Shown piece by piece: positions 9,403 through 17,919 of a stretch of DNA of 64,000 nt (its first letter is position 1; every line of letters starts with the position of its first letter). The translations under genes and the position numbers were made by a program. Below the pieces are notes generated by a model, which did no database searches, was not told where the DNA came from, and saw only the letters and a program-made list of their open reading frames with translations. The stretch comes from Candidatus Latescibacterota bacterium (GTDB lineage: Bacteria > Latescibacterota > UBA2968 > GCA-2709665), in the NCBI GenBank assembly GCA_965219455.1, contig OZ244744.1:4160001-4224000 (forward strand), given 5' to 3'.

Positions 9403-10647
9403 ATGCGACCTGATACGGATAAACTACGGCGGGGTAGGATCTGGCTCTGTATCGGGCTGCTGGCCTGTTTTCTGGCGGCTTGCGGTGATGACAACCCGAT
9501 TGATTCCGACGACGACGACGAACCCATTGCGCCGCCGTCGCTCTGTTCGGATACCCCCGGGACGATCTGTACCTGGGCGGGAACCGGAGATGCGGGTTGG
9601 GACGGAGACGGCAGCGTGCTGTTACTGTCCACGTTCTACTGGCCCGTGGATGTGATGGTCACGCCTGAGGGCCGGGTTTATGTTCTGGATTGGAACAACC
9701 ATCGGGTGCGTCGGGCGGCCATAGGCGATAGCACGTTGGAGACGGCCATCGGCAGCGGCTTCATGGGCGACGGATCCTACGGGCAGTCCGAGCGTATCCC
9801 GCCGGGGGCGTCGGGAAAGTCCGTCAATCTGAGTCATCCGACGCACCTCATCCAGCTTTCGGGCGGGGCGTTTCTGCTGACGGCCTGGCGAAACCACAAA
9901 CTGCGGCTTTTCGATCCCGTCAGTGGCCGGGTGAGGGTATTCCTGGGAGATACGCCGGATTTTTCGGGCGACGGCGGTCCCGCGGAGGATGCGCATCTGA
10001 ACTATCCTTCGCAGACGGTGCTTGCGCCCGGCAATACGCTCTATGTTCTGGATCAGCGCAACTTGCGGGTGCGAAAGATCGATCCCAATGGCGTCATTAC
10101 CACGGTTGTGGGAACGGGCGCGGCCGGATTCAGTGGCGACGGCGGTCCTCCCCATATGGCGCAACTGAATTTCCCTGCAGGCAACAATCCCCCGCCGGCT
10201 GGCGGATTGGCCCTGGCGCCGGATGGCAAGCTCTTTATTTCCGATACGCACAATCAGCGGATTCGACGTGTGGACTTTGAAAGGGATCGGATCGATACCG
10301 TGGCGGGCACGGGCGCCGCGGGATTCAGTGGTGACGGCGGTCCTGCCATACAGGCGAGTTTGAACAACCCGCGCGATCTTCAGTTCGGCCCGGATGGGAG
10401 GTTGTACGTTGCCGATGAGATGAACCATCGCATCCGGGCGATCGACCTGGCTTCCGGGACGATCACGACGGTGGCCGGAAACGGGCAGCCGGGGTTCAGC
10501 GGAGACGGCGGACCCGCCACGTCAGCCGCGTTGAACCGGCCGGCGGGGGTCGCATTTGATGAAGCAAACGGATACCTCTATATTGCGGATACGTTCAACC
10601 ATCGTATCAGGCTTGTCACGTTGGCAAATGTTCTGTCCCTGAAATAG
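9403..10647 (+). CDS. NHL-repeat beta-propeller lipoprotein
   Basis: Lipobox LAAC; repeated 'AG.G..GFSGDGGPA..A.LN.P' and 'LYIAD..NHRIR' blades. Confidence 0.85.
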   Translation: MRPDTDKLRRGRIWLCIGLLACFLAACGDDNPIDSDDDDEPIAPPSLCSDTPGTICTWAGTGDAGWDGDGSVLLLSTFYWPVDVMVTPEGRVYVLDWNNHRVRRAAIGDSTLETAIGSGFMGDGSYGQSERIPPGASGKSVNLSHPTHLIQLSGGAFLLTAWRNHKLRLFDPVSGRVRVFLGDTPDFSGDGGPAEDAHLNYPSQTVLAPGNTLYVLDQRNLRVRKIDPNGVITTVVGTGAAGFSGDGGPPHMAQLNFPAGNNPPPAGGLALAPDGKLFISDTHNQRIRRVDFERDRIDTVAGTGAAGFSGDGGPAIQASLNNPRDLQFGPDGRLYVADEMNHRIRAIDLASGTITTVAGNGQPGFSGDGGPATSAALNRPAGVAFDEANGYLYIADTFNHRIRLVTLANVLSLK

Positions 10648-10809
10648 ATTGCCTGAATTCGGCCGTCGAGCGAAGGGAACGCAGCGAGACGGGATGAATC
10701 GACGGATGAATGGTAACATATTTCTGGGACAGAACACTAGTTCGGGAACTCCCTGACGCATTGGTACGTCGTCAATATACGGGTCAGAGGACCTGAAGGG
10801 GGGCTTGTC

Positions 10810-12273
10810 TTGCCGGACCAGCCCAATTTTCTGGTGATTGTGTCGGACCAGCACAACCGGCGGTATATGGGTTGTGGCGGGGATCGGATCGTCCGTACGC
10901 CACATCTCGACGCCCTGGCGGAACGCGGCGTGCTGTTCGAGAATACCTATTGTGGGTCGCCGCTTTGCGTGCCGTCGCGGATGACTTTTCTCACGGGTCG
11001 GCATTCTTCTGACATCGAGGTGTGGTCCAATGCCTGTTTTCTGAGGTCGGATATTCCCACTTTCGCGCACGGTCTCGGGTTGGCGGGATACGAGACGGTG
11101 TTGGGCGGCCGGATGCACTTTGTGGGGCCGGACCAGCGGCACGGCTTCGAACAGCGCATCATGGGAGATGTGTCGGGACCGTTTCCCGGTGGCCCCGGTC
11201 CCGACATGGGGCATATTCCAACGGGGACGACGGGCCAATCCCGTCGGTCTGTCGAAATTTCCGGACCGGGGCGCACATCCTACCAGGCTTACGACGTGGC
11301 GGTGACCGAGGCCTGTCGTGAATTTCTCGCGCGCCGTGACCGGACTGGCGCTGAGCGACCCTTTTGCCTGGTAACGGGGTATGTGCTGCCGCATTGCCCC
11401 TTCATCTGTCCCAGGGACCTATACGAAGAATATTACCATCGGGTGGAAATTCCTACCGTGCCGGAGGGCTACCTGGACCGGCTGCATCCGGCGATCCGGC
11501 TTTGGCGCGAGAAGCGCGGCGTAAACGGACTGAACGAAGACGCGGTGCGCCGCGCGCGCGCGGCCTACTACGGACTTGTCACGTTTATGGATGGTCTGAT
11601 TGGACGGTTGCTGGAGACCCTGGCGTCAACGTCGTACGGAGAGAATACGGCGGTGATATATCTCTCGGATCACGGGGAGATGGCCGGCGAACACGGGATG
11701 TGGTGGAAGAGCAGCTTTTACGAGGGATCCGCTGGCGTGCCGATGATTGCGTCTTTTCCGGGGCGATTCGGAGAAGGGCGGCGTGTGGATGCGGTGACGA
11801 GTCTGCTGGACGTAGGGCCTACGTTGATCGACCTGGCAGGCGGAGATTCCCTGCCGGAGGCTGCAGGTCGGAGTCTGAGATGTTTCCTGGAGGGTGACGG
11901 ACGGGCGCCGGCGTGGTCAAATGAGACTTTTTCGGAGAATTACAGCGGCGCCGACGAGCCGCCGGGAAGGATGGTGCGCCAGGGCCCATGGAAATTGAAT
12001 TACTATCACGGTTACGATGAACCGCAGTTGTTCAACCTGGATGAGGATCCACTCGAATTTGATGACCGGGCGCGGGATCCGGTTTGCGCGGAGGTGAGAG
12101 AAGCGCTGCTGGCGCGTGTCCGGGATGGCTGGAACGGGGGAACGATTCGGCCCAGGCTCCAACGCCGGACGGAGGGGAGGCGGGTTCTGCGGGAGTGGGC
12201 CGGCGCCGTGGAACACGATCTGGCGGATTTCTGGCGGGCGCCTCCGGGTTGTAACGTATTTCCGGAAGAATGA
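10810..12273 (+). CDS. Cys-type sulfatase (choline-sulfatase-like)
   Basis: 'PNFLVIVSDQH', CxPxR motif 'LCVPSRMTFLTGR', 'SDHGEMAGEHG.W.K'. Confidence 0.9.
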   Translation: MPDQPNFLVIVSDQHNRRYMGCGGDRIVRTPHLDALAERGVLFENTYCGSPLCVPSRMTFLTGRHSSDIEVWSNACFLRSDIPTFAHGLGLAGYETVLGGRMHFVGPDQRHGFEQRIMGDVSGPFPGGPGPDMGHIPTGTTGQSRRSVEISGPGRTSYQAYDVAVTEACREFLARRDRTGAERPFCLVTGYVLPHCPFICPRDLYEEYYHRVEIPTVPEGYLDRLHPAIRLWREKRGVNGLNEDAVRRARAAYYGLVTFMDGLIGRLLETLASTSYGENTAVIYLSDHGEMAGEHGMWWKSSFYEGSAGVPMIASFPGRFGEGRRVDAVTSLLDVGPTLIDLAGGDSLPEAAGRSLRCFLEGDGRAPAWSNETFSENYSGADEPPGRMVRQGPWKLNYYHGYDEPQLFNLDEDPLEFDDRARDPVCAEVREALLARVRDGWNGGTIRPRLQRRTEGRRVLREWAGAVEHDLADFWRAPPGCNVFPEE

Positions 12274-12415
12274 GCCGCGGGAGATCGCGCGGAACGGGAG
12301 GTCGGATGCGCAGGCCCTGCTCGGAGGCTGTTTCATATGGATGCTGCGTTCCCGAGCAGGGCGATCTTTTTTCGGAAGTTGCACCAGCGATCCGGGTGAT
12401 CTCGCGGCCCGGCTG
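12273..12415. repeat. Nested inverted repeats between convergent genes
   Basis: Inner perfect IR CCCTGCTCGG (12315-12324) / CCGAGCAGGG (12352-12361); outer imperfect arms GCCGCGGGAGATCGC / GTGATCTCGCGGC. Confidence 0.45.
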
Positions 12416-12428
12416 TTGAAACGGCAGA

Positions 12429-14159
12429 TCAGTCTTCCATGACGGGCAGGACGACATGCGATGGCCGGTTTGCGTCGTGGAAAACGGTGTTGACCGCGAT
12501 CTGTCCAATGGCTTCTTCGCCGAATGCACCTCCAGTGTTCAAATTTCGGTCGTACCGGGGGAAATCGCTGCTGGTGACTTCGATACGCAGGCGGTGACCT
12601 GACAGGAACACCTGGGCGGTGGCCGACATGTCTATTTCAAACCTGTAGATCCTGCCCGGCGTCATCAGTTCGGGGCGCTGCAGGGAGTTTCGGAATCGCG
12701 CCCTCAGGATGCCGTCGCAGACGGGCATGGAACGGCCGTCCGGGCAGACGTCGCATAGTCTGACCACCCAGTCCGTATCGGGGGCTGAAGACAGGCCGTG
12801 AAGGATGGCCTTTACGGGGCCGATGATGGTCAGGTCCTGTTTCAGTTCGGCGGAGGTATACGTAAGCATCCGTCCTTCCAGATGCCGATGGTCCACGGGG
12901 CCGAGTGTGGGATAAAAGCGGAGACCGGGCATGGGATCGTTCGGGTCGTATGCGAAACTATCCGCATGTTCGGCCGTATGGGGCGGATCGAAGGTCAGAC
13001 CACCGTTGTTCAACGAGTCCGGATCTCTTCCGGATCCTTCCCGGAGATACGCCGTCCGGTAGGTAATGCCGGGTGGGGGCCAGTCTTCCAGATCCAACCA
13101 TCGGTTGGCACCCATCAGGAAGATACGCACCGGCGGGCCGTCCATAATACCGTTGTCCATTCCCTTTAGCCAGTAGTCGTACCACCGAAGGCGGTGGGCG
13201 TTCATATCGAATGCCGCCTCAGGGCCGAAGTCAAGGTCGCCAACGACCTGTTTGGCCGCGTTGCCCGGTCCATGGATCCATGGACCGATCAACAGGCGTT
13301 GGCCCTCCCGACAGGCCCTGGTGCGCCCGCGTTGCCGAATTCCCCTGAAGCATTCCAGCGTCCCGTCAAGGAAGACGTCGAACCATGCGCCGAAGTGAAG
13401 CATCGGCGTGTCGATGTCGCCGTACCTGGAGGAAATGTTGGTGGACCACCAGTAGGGGCCGTCTTCGGGGTGGTCCAGGTCTTCAAAGTACCAATCGAGC
13501 AGGCCATCCAGGGGCGGGAAGGATTTGAGCGGCAGGTGGTGCTGCCAGTCCTCGTATTCATCGAGTGCGGCTGCCAGACGCGCGGTCTCGGCCGCCAGAC
13601 CCGGTGGGGCGCTCTCGTGTTCCAGTTGGGAGAGAAGGGTCTGCATCGCCCATTTCTGAAAAGGCAGCGAATAGGCGCCGTACCGGTACCAGAAGCCGCT
13701 GTAAAAATCACCGCCGCCTTCCCGAACGAAAAGCGCTTTCAGGTGCGGGGGCCGGGTCGGGGCAACCATGTACTGCGAAAAACCGGAATAGGAGCCGTCG
13801 GCCATGCCCACGTTGCCGTTGGACCAGGCCTGTTTACCGGCCCATTCGATGGTATCGTAACCATCGCGATTGGCCCCCCAGCCGTCATCGCGGAAAGGCT
13901 GCCAATCGCCTTCGGAGGCAAAGGTGCCGCGCACGTTCTGGCCCACGAATACGTACCCCCTGCTGGCGAGGAACTGACCGTTGGACGTACACCGGCCGAC
14001 CAGCTCGTAGGCGACCCGTTCAACGATGACGGGATATCTACCTTCGGGTGCCGGACGGTAGACGTCGGCGCGAAGCACGGTTCCGTCACGCATCCTTATA
14101 GGGATATTGCGTTCTACCATTGTTTCGTAACGTGGCTCGGACAGACCCGTGTTGGGCAT
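12429..14159 (-). CDS. CocE/NonD family hydrolase
   Basis: 'MRDGTVLRADVYRP', nucleophile elbow 'GSYSG', 'GAWFD', 'IGPWIH', C-terminal 'GHRLRIEVTSSDFPRYDRN'. Confidence 0.9.
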   Translation of the reverse strand: MPNTGLSEPRYETMVERNIPIRMRDGTVLRADVYRPAPEGRYPVIVERVAYELVGRCTSNGQFLASRGYVFVGQNVRGTFASEGDWQPFRDDGWGANRDGYDTIEWAGKQAWSNGNVGMADGSYSGFSQYMVAPTRPPHLKALFVREGGGDFYSGFWYRYGAYSLPFQKWAMQTLLSQLEHESAPPGLAAETARLAAALDEYEDWQHHLPLKSFPPLDGLLDWYFEDLDHPEDGPYWWSTNISSRYGDIDTPMLHFGAWFDVFLDGTLECFRGIRQRGRTRACREGQRLLIGPWIHGPGNAAKQVVGDLDFGPEAAFDMNAHRLRWYDYWLKGMDNGIMDGPPVRIFLMGANRWLDLEDWPPPGITYRTAYLREGSGRDPDSLNNGGLTFDPPHTAEHADSFAYDPNDPMPGLRFYPTLGPVDHRHLEGRMLTYTSAELKQDLTIIGPVKAILHGLSSAPDTDWVVRLCDVCPDGRSMPVCDGILRARFRNSLQRPELMTPGRIYRFEIDMSATAQVFLSGHRLRIEVTSSDFPRYDRNLNTGGAFGEEAIGQIAVNTVFHDANRPSHVVLPVMED

Positions 14160-14559
14160 GGGTTACTCCTTTCGCAGGGTTATTTCAATCTAAATCACCG
14201 GATACGACGGGAAAAAGCCCATTCGACGGGCGCGTCGTTGAGAGGATCCTGCGGCCCGTGGGGCACAGCTGCACGTTCGGTATTCCCGTGCAATGTCTCC
14301 TTGCATCGGATCCGGGTTGGAAGTATCATGGCGTACTTCCGGGGCGTGGCTGCAATGAAGCGCATCCGAAATCCGAAGCGGCGGTTTTTGCATTTATTCT
14401 GCGCCTTGACGAGCAAAGATAGGCAATCGAACCGTAGAATTCAATTGCAGACTGCGACCCCGTATGGAAATGGGGAACGCAGAAACGAGCCGGAAAAGTC
14501 GATTGCCTGCGAAAGGCGCGTTTAATTCACTGAGAAAACCGATCGTTGGGAGATAGAGC

Positions 14560-15597
14560 ATGAAAGGTGTCGTGTATCTTGGCGAAAGTGAAGTGGAAGT
14601 TCAGGATTTCGACAGGCCCGAACCGGGCCCGGGACATGTGGTTATCGAAATGAGGGTGGCGGGGTTGTGCGGGAGCGATCTGCACAAGTACCATAGCAGC
14701 CGGGAGTGGGCGAGCGATAGGAAGGGCATGATTTCCGGCCACGAACCGGCCGGGGTTGTCGCCGATGTGGCTGCGGATGTTGAGAATGTGTCGGTGGGCG
14801 ACAGGGTCTGTGTCTACCACACCGTGGGGTGCGGTCACTGTGCGGTCTGTCTATCCGGCACGCCCGTGTTCTGTCCGGACCAGGGGGCGTTTGGCCGGAC
14901 CCGCGACGGCGCCCACGCGGATTACATGGTCACGGACGCCCGGTACTGCATGCCATTGCCGGACAATTTTTCGTTTGCCGTTGGAACGCAATTGGCTTGT
15001 ACGGCAGGGACGGCATTCTCGGCAGTGAACAAGGTATCAAAGCGTCATGGCGATCCACTTGTGGTGTTCGGATTGGGGCCGGTGGGTCTGACAACACTAT
15101 TGATGGGTAAGGCGATGGGATATCGGATGTTCGGCGTGGACATCAACCCTTACAGGATAGATCTGGCGGAGCGTATCGGCGGCGGGGTTGTAATAAACGC
15201 AAAACAGACCGATCCGGTTCAGGCGATCAGCGATCTGACAGGTGGACATGGTGCGGCCGGGGTTGTGGAGTGCTCGGGGAGTGGCACTGCCCGCACACAG
15301 GCGGCAGCGGTTGCGAGGTTGCACGGGACGGTGGTCTACGTGGGCGCCGGCGCTGAGTCGCTTGAAATCGATTTTAAGGATATCCTTCGAAAAGAACTGA
15401 CGCTCAGAGGCAATTCCGTGTATTCGATGGGTGCTTATTTCGATGCCGTCGCGTTCTTGCAGACGCACCGCGTGCCGCTGGACGAAATCGTGACCCATCG
15501 CTTTCACATTGGGCAGGCGAGGGAAGCATTCGCAACCTTCGATAGCGGAGAGACGGGTAAAGTGATTTTCGAATGGGAAGACGGAGAAGGGTCATAA
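14560..15597 (+). CDS. Zn-dependent medium-chain alcohol dehydrogenase
   Basis: 'GLCGSDLH', 'GHEPAG', structural Zn 'CGHCAVCLSG...C', Rossmann 'GLGPVG'. Confidence 0.9.
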   Translation: MKGVVYLGESEVEVQDFDRPEPGPGHVVIEMRVAGLCGSDLHKYHSSREWASDRKGMISGHEPAGVVADVAADVENVSVGDRVCVYHTVGCGHCAVCLSGTPVFCPDQGAFGRTRDGAHADYMVTDARYCMPLPDNFSFAVGTQLACTAGTAFSAVNKVSKRHGDPLVVFGLGPVGLTTLLMGKAMGYRMFGVDINPYRIDLAERIGGGVVINAKQTDPVQAISDLTGGHGAAGVVECSGSGTARTQAAAVARLHGTVVYVGAGAESLEIDFKDILRKELTLRGNSVYSMGAYFDAVAFLQTHRVPLDEIVTHRFHIGQAREAFATFDSGETGKVIFEWEDGEGS

Positions 15598-15629
15598 ATC
15601 CGATCGAGGAGAAACGGAGGGTAAGGGAA

Positions 15630-16706
15630 ATGGCACGGAGAACAAGGGTGGGAATTGTCGGATGTGGTGGCATGGCACGGGGCCATGCCAGCCGGATGAG
15701 TGAGGTCCTGCACCGCGTGGAGATTTCTGCCGTGGCGGATATTGATCCGGCGCGGGCGCAGGCGGTTGCGGAGGTTTTCCCCAATGAGCCAGTGGTTGCG
15801 ACGGAATATGAAGAGATTCTGGATCACGTGGACGCCGTACTTGTGGTGCTGCCGCATCATCTTCACCATCCGGTAGCGGTCCGTTGTCTGGATGCCGGGA
15901 AGCACGTGCTGGTGGAAAAGCCGATGGCCAACAGTGAGCGGGAATGCCTCCGGATGATCGAGGCCGCACAAAGGAACGACCGTGTCCTGATGGTGGCCTA
16001 CTGCATGCGTTTCCATCCTCTGGTTCTGAAGTTCAAGGAAGTGCTGGACAACAGGACATTTGGCGAGGTCTTCCAGTTATCGATCTGGACCGAGCAGCAT
16101 ACCCAGCGGGACCCGGAGAGTTGGCACTGCAGGGCGGGTACTCTTGGCGGCGGGCAGTTCTTTAGCCACGGCTGTCACTATGTCGATTTGATGTTGTGGA
16201 TGCTGGGCAGGCCGGTAAAGGGCGTGCATATGGGAACCAATCGATGTACGCCGTGGATGGAGAGAGAGGGAACGAGTAACGTGTGCATCGAGTTCGAGGG
16301 CGGCGTCCTTGGATATCATTTCGGCACCTGGGGGGCCCGGGGCACCCGGCTCGGATATTCCTTTCACGCACACTGCGAGAAGGGGATGGTCGAACTGAAT
16401 CTGCGCACGGGCCGAGTCGTGTACCTGGGTGATGTTGAAAAACACGTGCCCGGCGAGCACGATCCCGGGCAGCGGGAGATCGTGTTGCTGGAGGAAAACC
16501 ACGCCAAACCCACGGAAGTAGAGATGGCACATTTTATCGATTGTATCGAGTCCGGCCAAAAGCCGTTGACCGATCCCGTATCCAGCCTTGAGGGACTCAA
16601 GGTAATCTGGAAACTGTACGAGGCGGAGGAAACAGACGCTGTGGCTGACCTGAGGGGTCTGGGTCTCGGTACAATGGAAGAAGCGGGGGTCCGCGCAGCC
16701 GGTTAG
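15630..16706 (+). CDS. Gfo/Idh/MocA family oxidoreductase
   Basis: 'VGIVGCGGMA', 'GKHVLVEKPMA', 'GGGQFFSHGCHYVD'; ATG at 15630 (ORF opens at 15573). Confidence 0.9.
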   Translation: MARRTRVGIVGCGGMARGHASRMSEVLHRVEISAVADIDPARAQAVAEVFPNEPVVATEYEEILDHVDAVLVVLPHHLHHPVAVRCLDAGKHVLVEKPMANSERECLRMIEAAQRNDRVLMVAYCMRFHPLVLKFKEVLDNRTFGEVFQLSIWTEQHTQRDPESWHCRAGTLGGGQFFSHGCHYVDLMLWMLGRPVKGVHMGTNRCTPWMEREGTSNVCIEFEGGVLGYHFGTWGARGTRLGYSFHAHCEKGMVELNLRTGRVVYLGDVEKHVPGEHDPGQREIVLLEENHAKPTEVEMAHFIDCIESGQKPLTDPVSSLEGLKVIWKLYEAEETDAVADLRGLGLGTMEEAGVRAAG

Positions 16707-16779
16707 CGGATCCATCGGGGTTCGCCAGGGAAACGTTGCGAAGAGCCAAAACACACGTCGACTACGGGAGGAATGGCAT

Positions 16780-17748
16780 ATGGATCGTGTCGTGCTTGGG
16801 GAAAGTGGCCTGTCGGTATCGCCGATTTCCGTCGGCACGTGGCAGCTGAGTCCCCGATTTTGGGGGCCGCAGTCGAAGGATGACGCGATGGCTGCGATGA
16901 AGTTCGCGTTCGACCGCGGAATCAACTTTTTCGATACCGCAGAGGCATACGGGGACGGTTATGCCGAAAGGGTACTGGGTGAGGTCGTAAGGGATCTGCC
17001 GAGGGACGAACTTGTGCTGGCGACCAAGGTGTTTAACCATTTCAATCCCGACGGCTCCCGGTATCCGGATCTTTCGCCCGAACACATTTCAGCCCGTTGC
17101 GACGTGTCGCTCAACAGGATGGGCATCGAGACGATTGATCTGTACCTGTTGCATATGTACGATCCGTTGACACCGCTTGCCGATATCGCGGGAACCCTTG
17201 AAAGACTTCGCGACCAGGGGAAGATTCGATGTTACGGGCTGAGCAACCATTCTGTCGAACAATGCCGGGCCCAGCGCCGCTTCGGTGCGTACGCCGTTGT
17301 TCAGCCTCCGTACAGCCTGATCGAGCCGGCCGGAGAGAGCGATCTGTTACCCTATTGCCAATCGGAGAATATCGGGGTGATGATCTATTCGCCCATGCAC
17401 AAGGGACTGCTCAGCGGGAAGTACACCGGAGGAGAGACGTTTGACGACTTCCGGATCAATCATCCCGATTTTCAGGGAGACCGGTTTAATGAATTGTGTG
17501 CGAAGGTGCAGGCCCTGAAGCCGATTGCCGAGCGAAACGGCCTCACGATATACCAGTTGGTGCTGTCAGCCACGCTGATGCATCCGGCGATTCACGTGGC
17601 GATCTGTGGCATCAAGACACCCGATCAGATCGCCGAGGCTGTGGGGGCGGGAGGGAAGCAATTGTCACGCGAAGACTATTTCGCGGTTCGAAATACCGTC
17701 GGACCGGGCAGCCCCAAAATTGCGGACGCCGGCGGCAGCAGGAAGTGA
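16780..17748 (+). CDS. Aldo/keto reductase
   Basis: 'GINFFDTAEAYG', 'LATK', 'IDLYLLH', 'GKIRCYGLSN', 'QPPYSL'. Confidence 0.9.
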   Translation: MDRVVLGESGLSVSPISVGTWQLSPRFWGPQSKDDAMAAMKFAFDRGINFFDTAEAYGDGYAERVLGEVVRDLPRDELVLATKVFNHFNPDGSRYPDLSPEHISARCDVSLNRMGIETIDLYLLHMYDPLTPLADIAGTLERLRDQGKIRCYGLSNHSVEQCRAQRRFGAYAVVQPPYSLIEPAGESDLLPYCQSENIGVMIYSPMHKGLLSGKYTGGETFDDFRINHPDFQGDRFNELCAKVQALKPIAERNGLTIYQLVLSATLMHPAIHVAICGIKTPDQIAEAVGAGGKQLSREDYFAVRNTVGPGSPKIADAGGSRK

Positions 17749-17919
17749 AGGGTTTATTCGTTTGGAGCGATGTCGCTTTTGGGGTGCCCCGGTTTTCCAG
17801 ATAGGGACAATTCATCCACCCGCAGCGTGTAGGCCTATGCCGGCGCGGTGTGGATCGTCCCGTATCTGATGTACTCTGGTCGGGCCTCTGACGATGGGAT
17901 TGTCGTGAGCGGACCCGTG

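Noticed and set aside
9950-10520. Recurring GGATTCAGTGGCGACGGCGGTCC-like repeats as a CRISPR or DNA repeat array
   Set aside because: They encode the GFSGDGG motif of NHL blades, are in frame, vary at wobble positions, and no cas genes are present.
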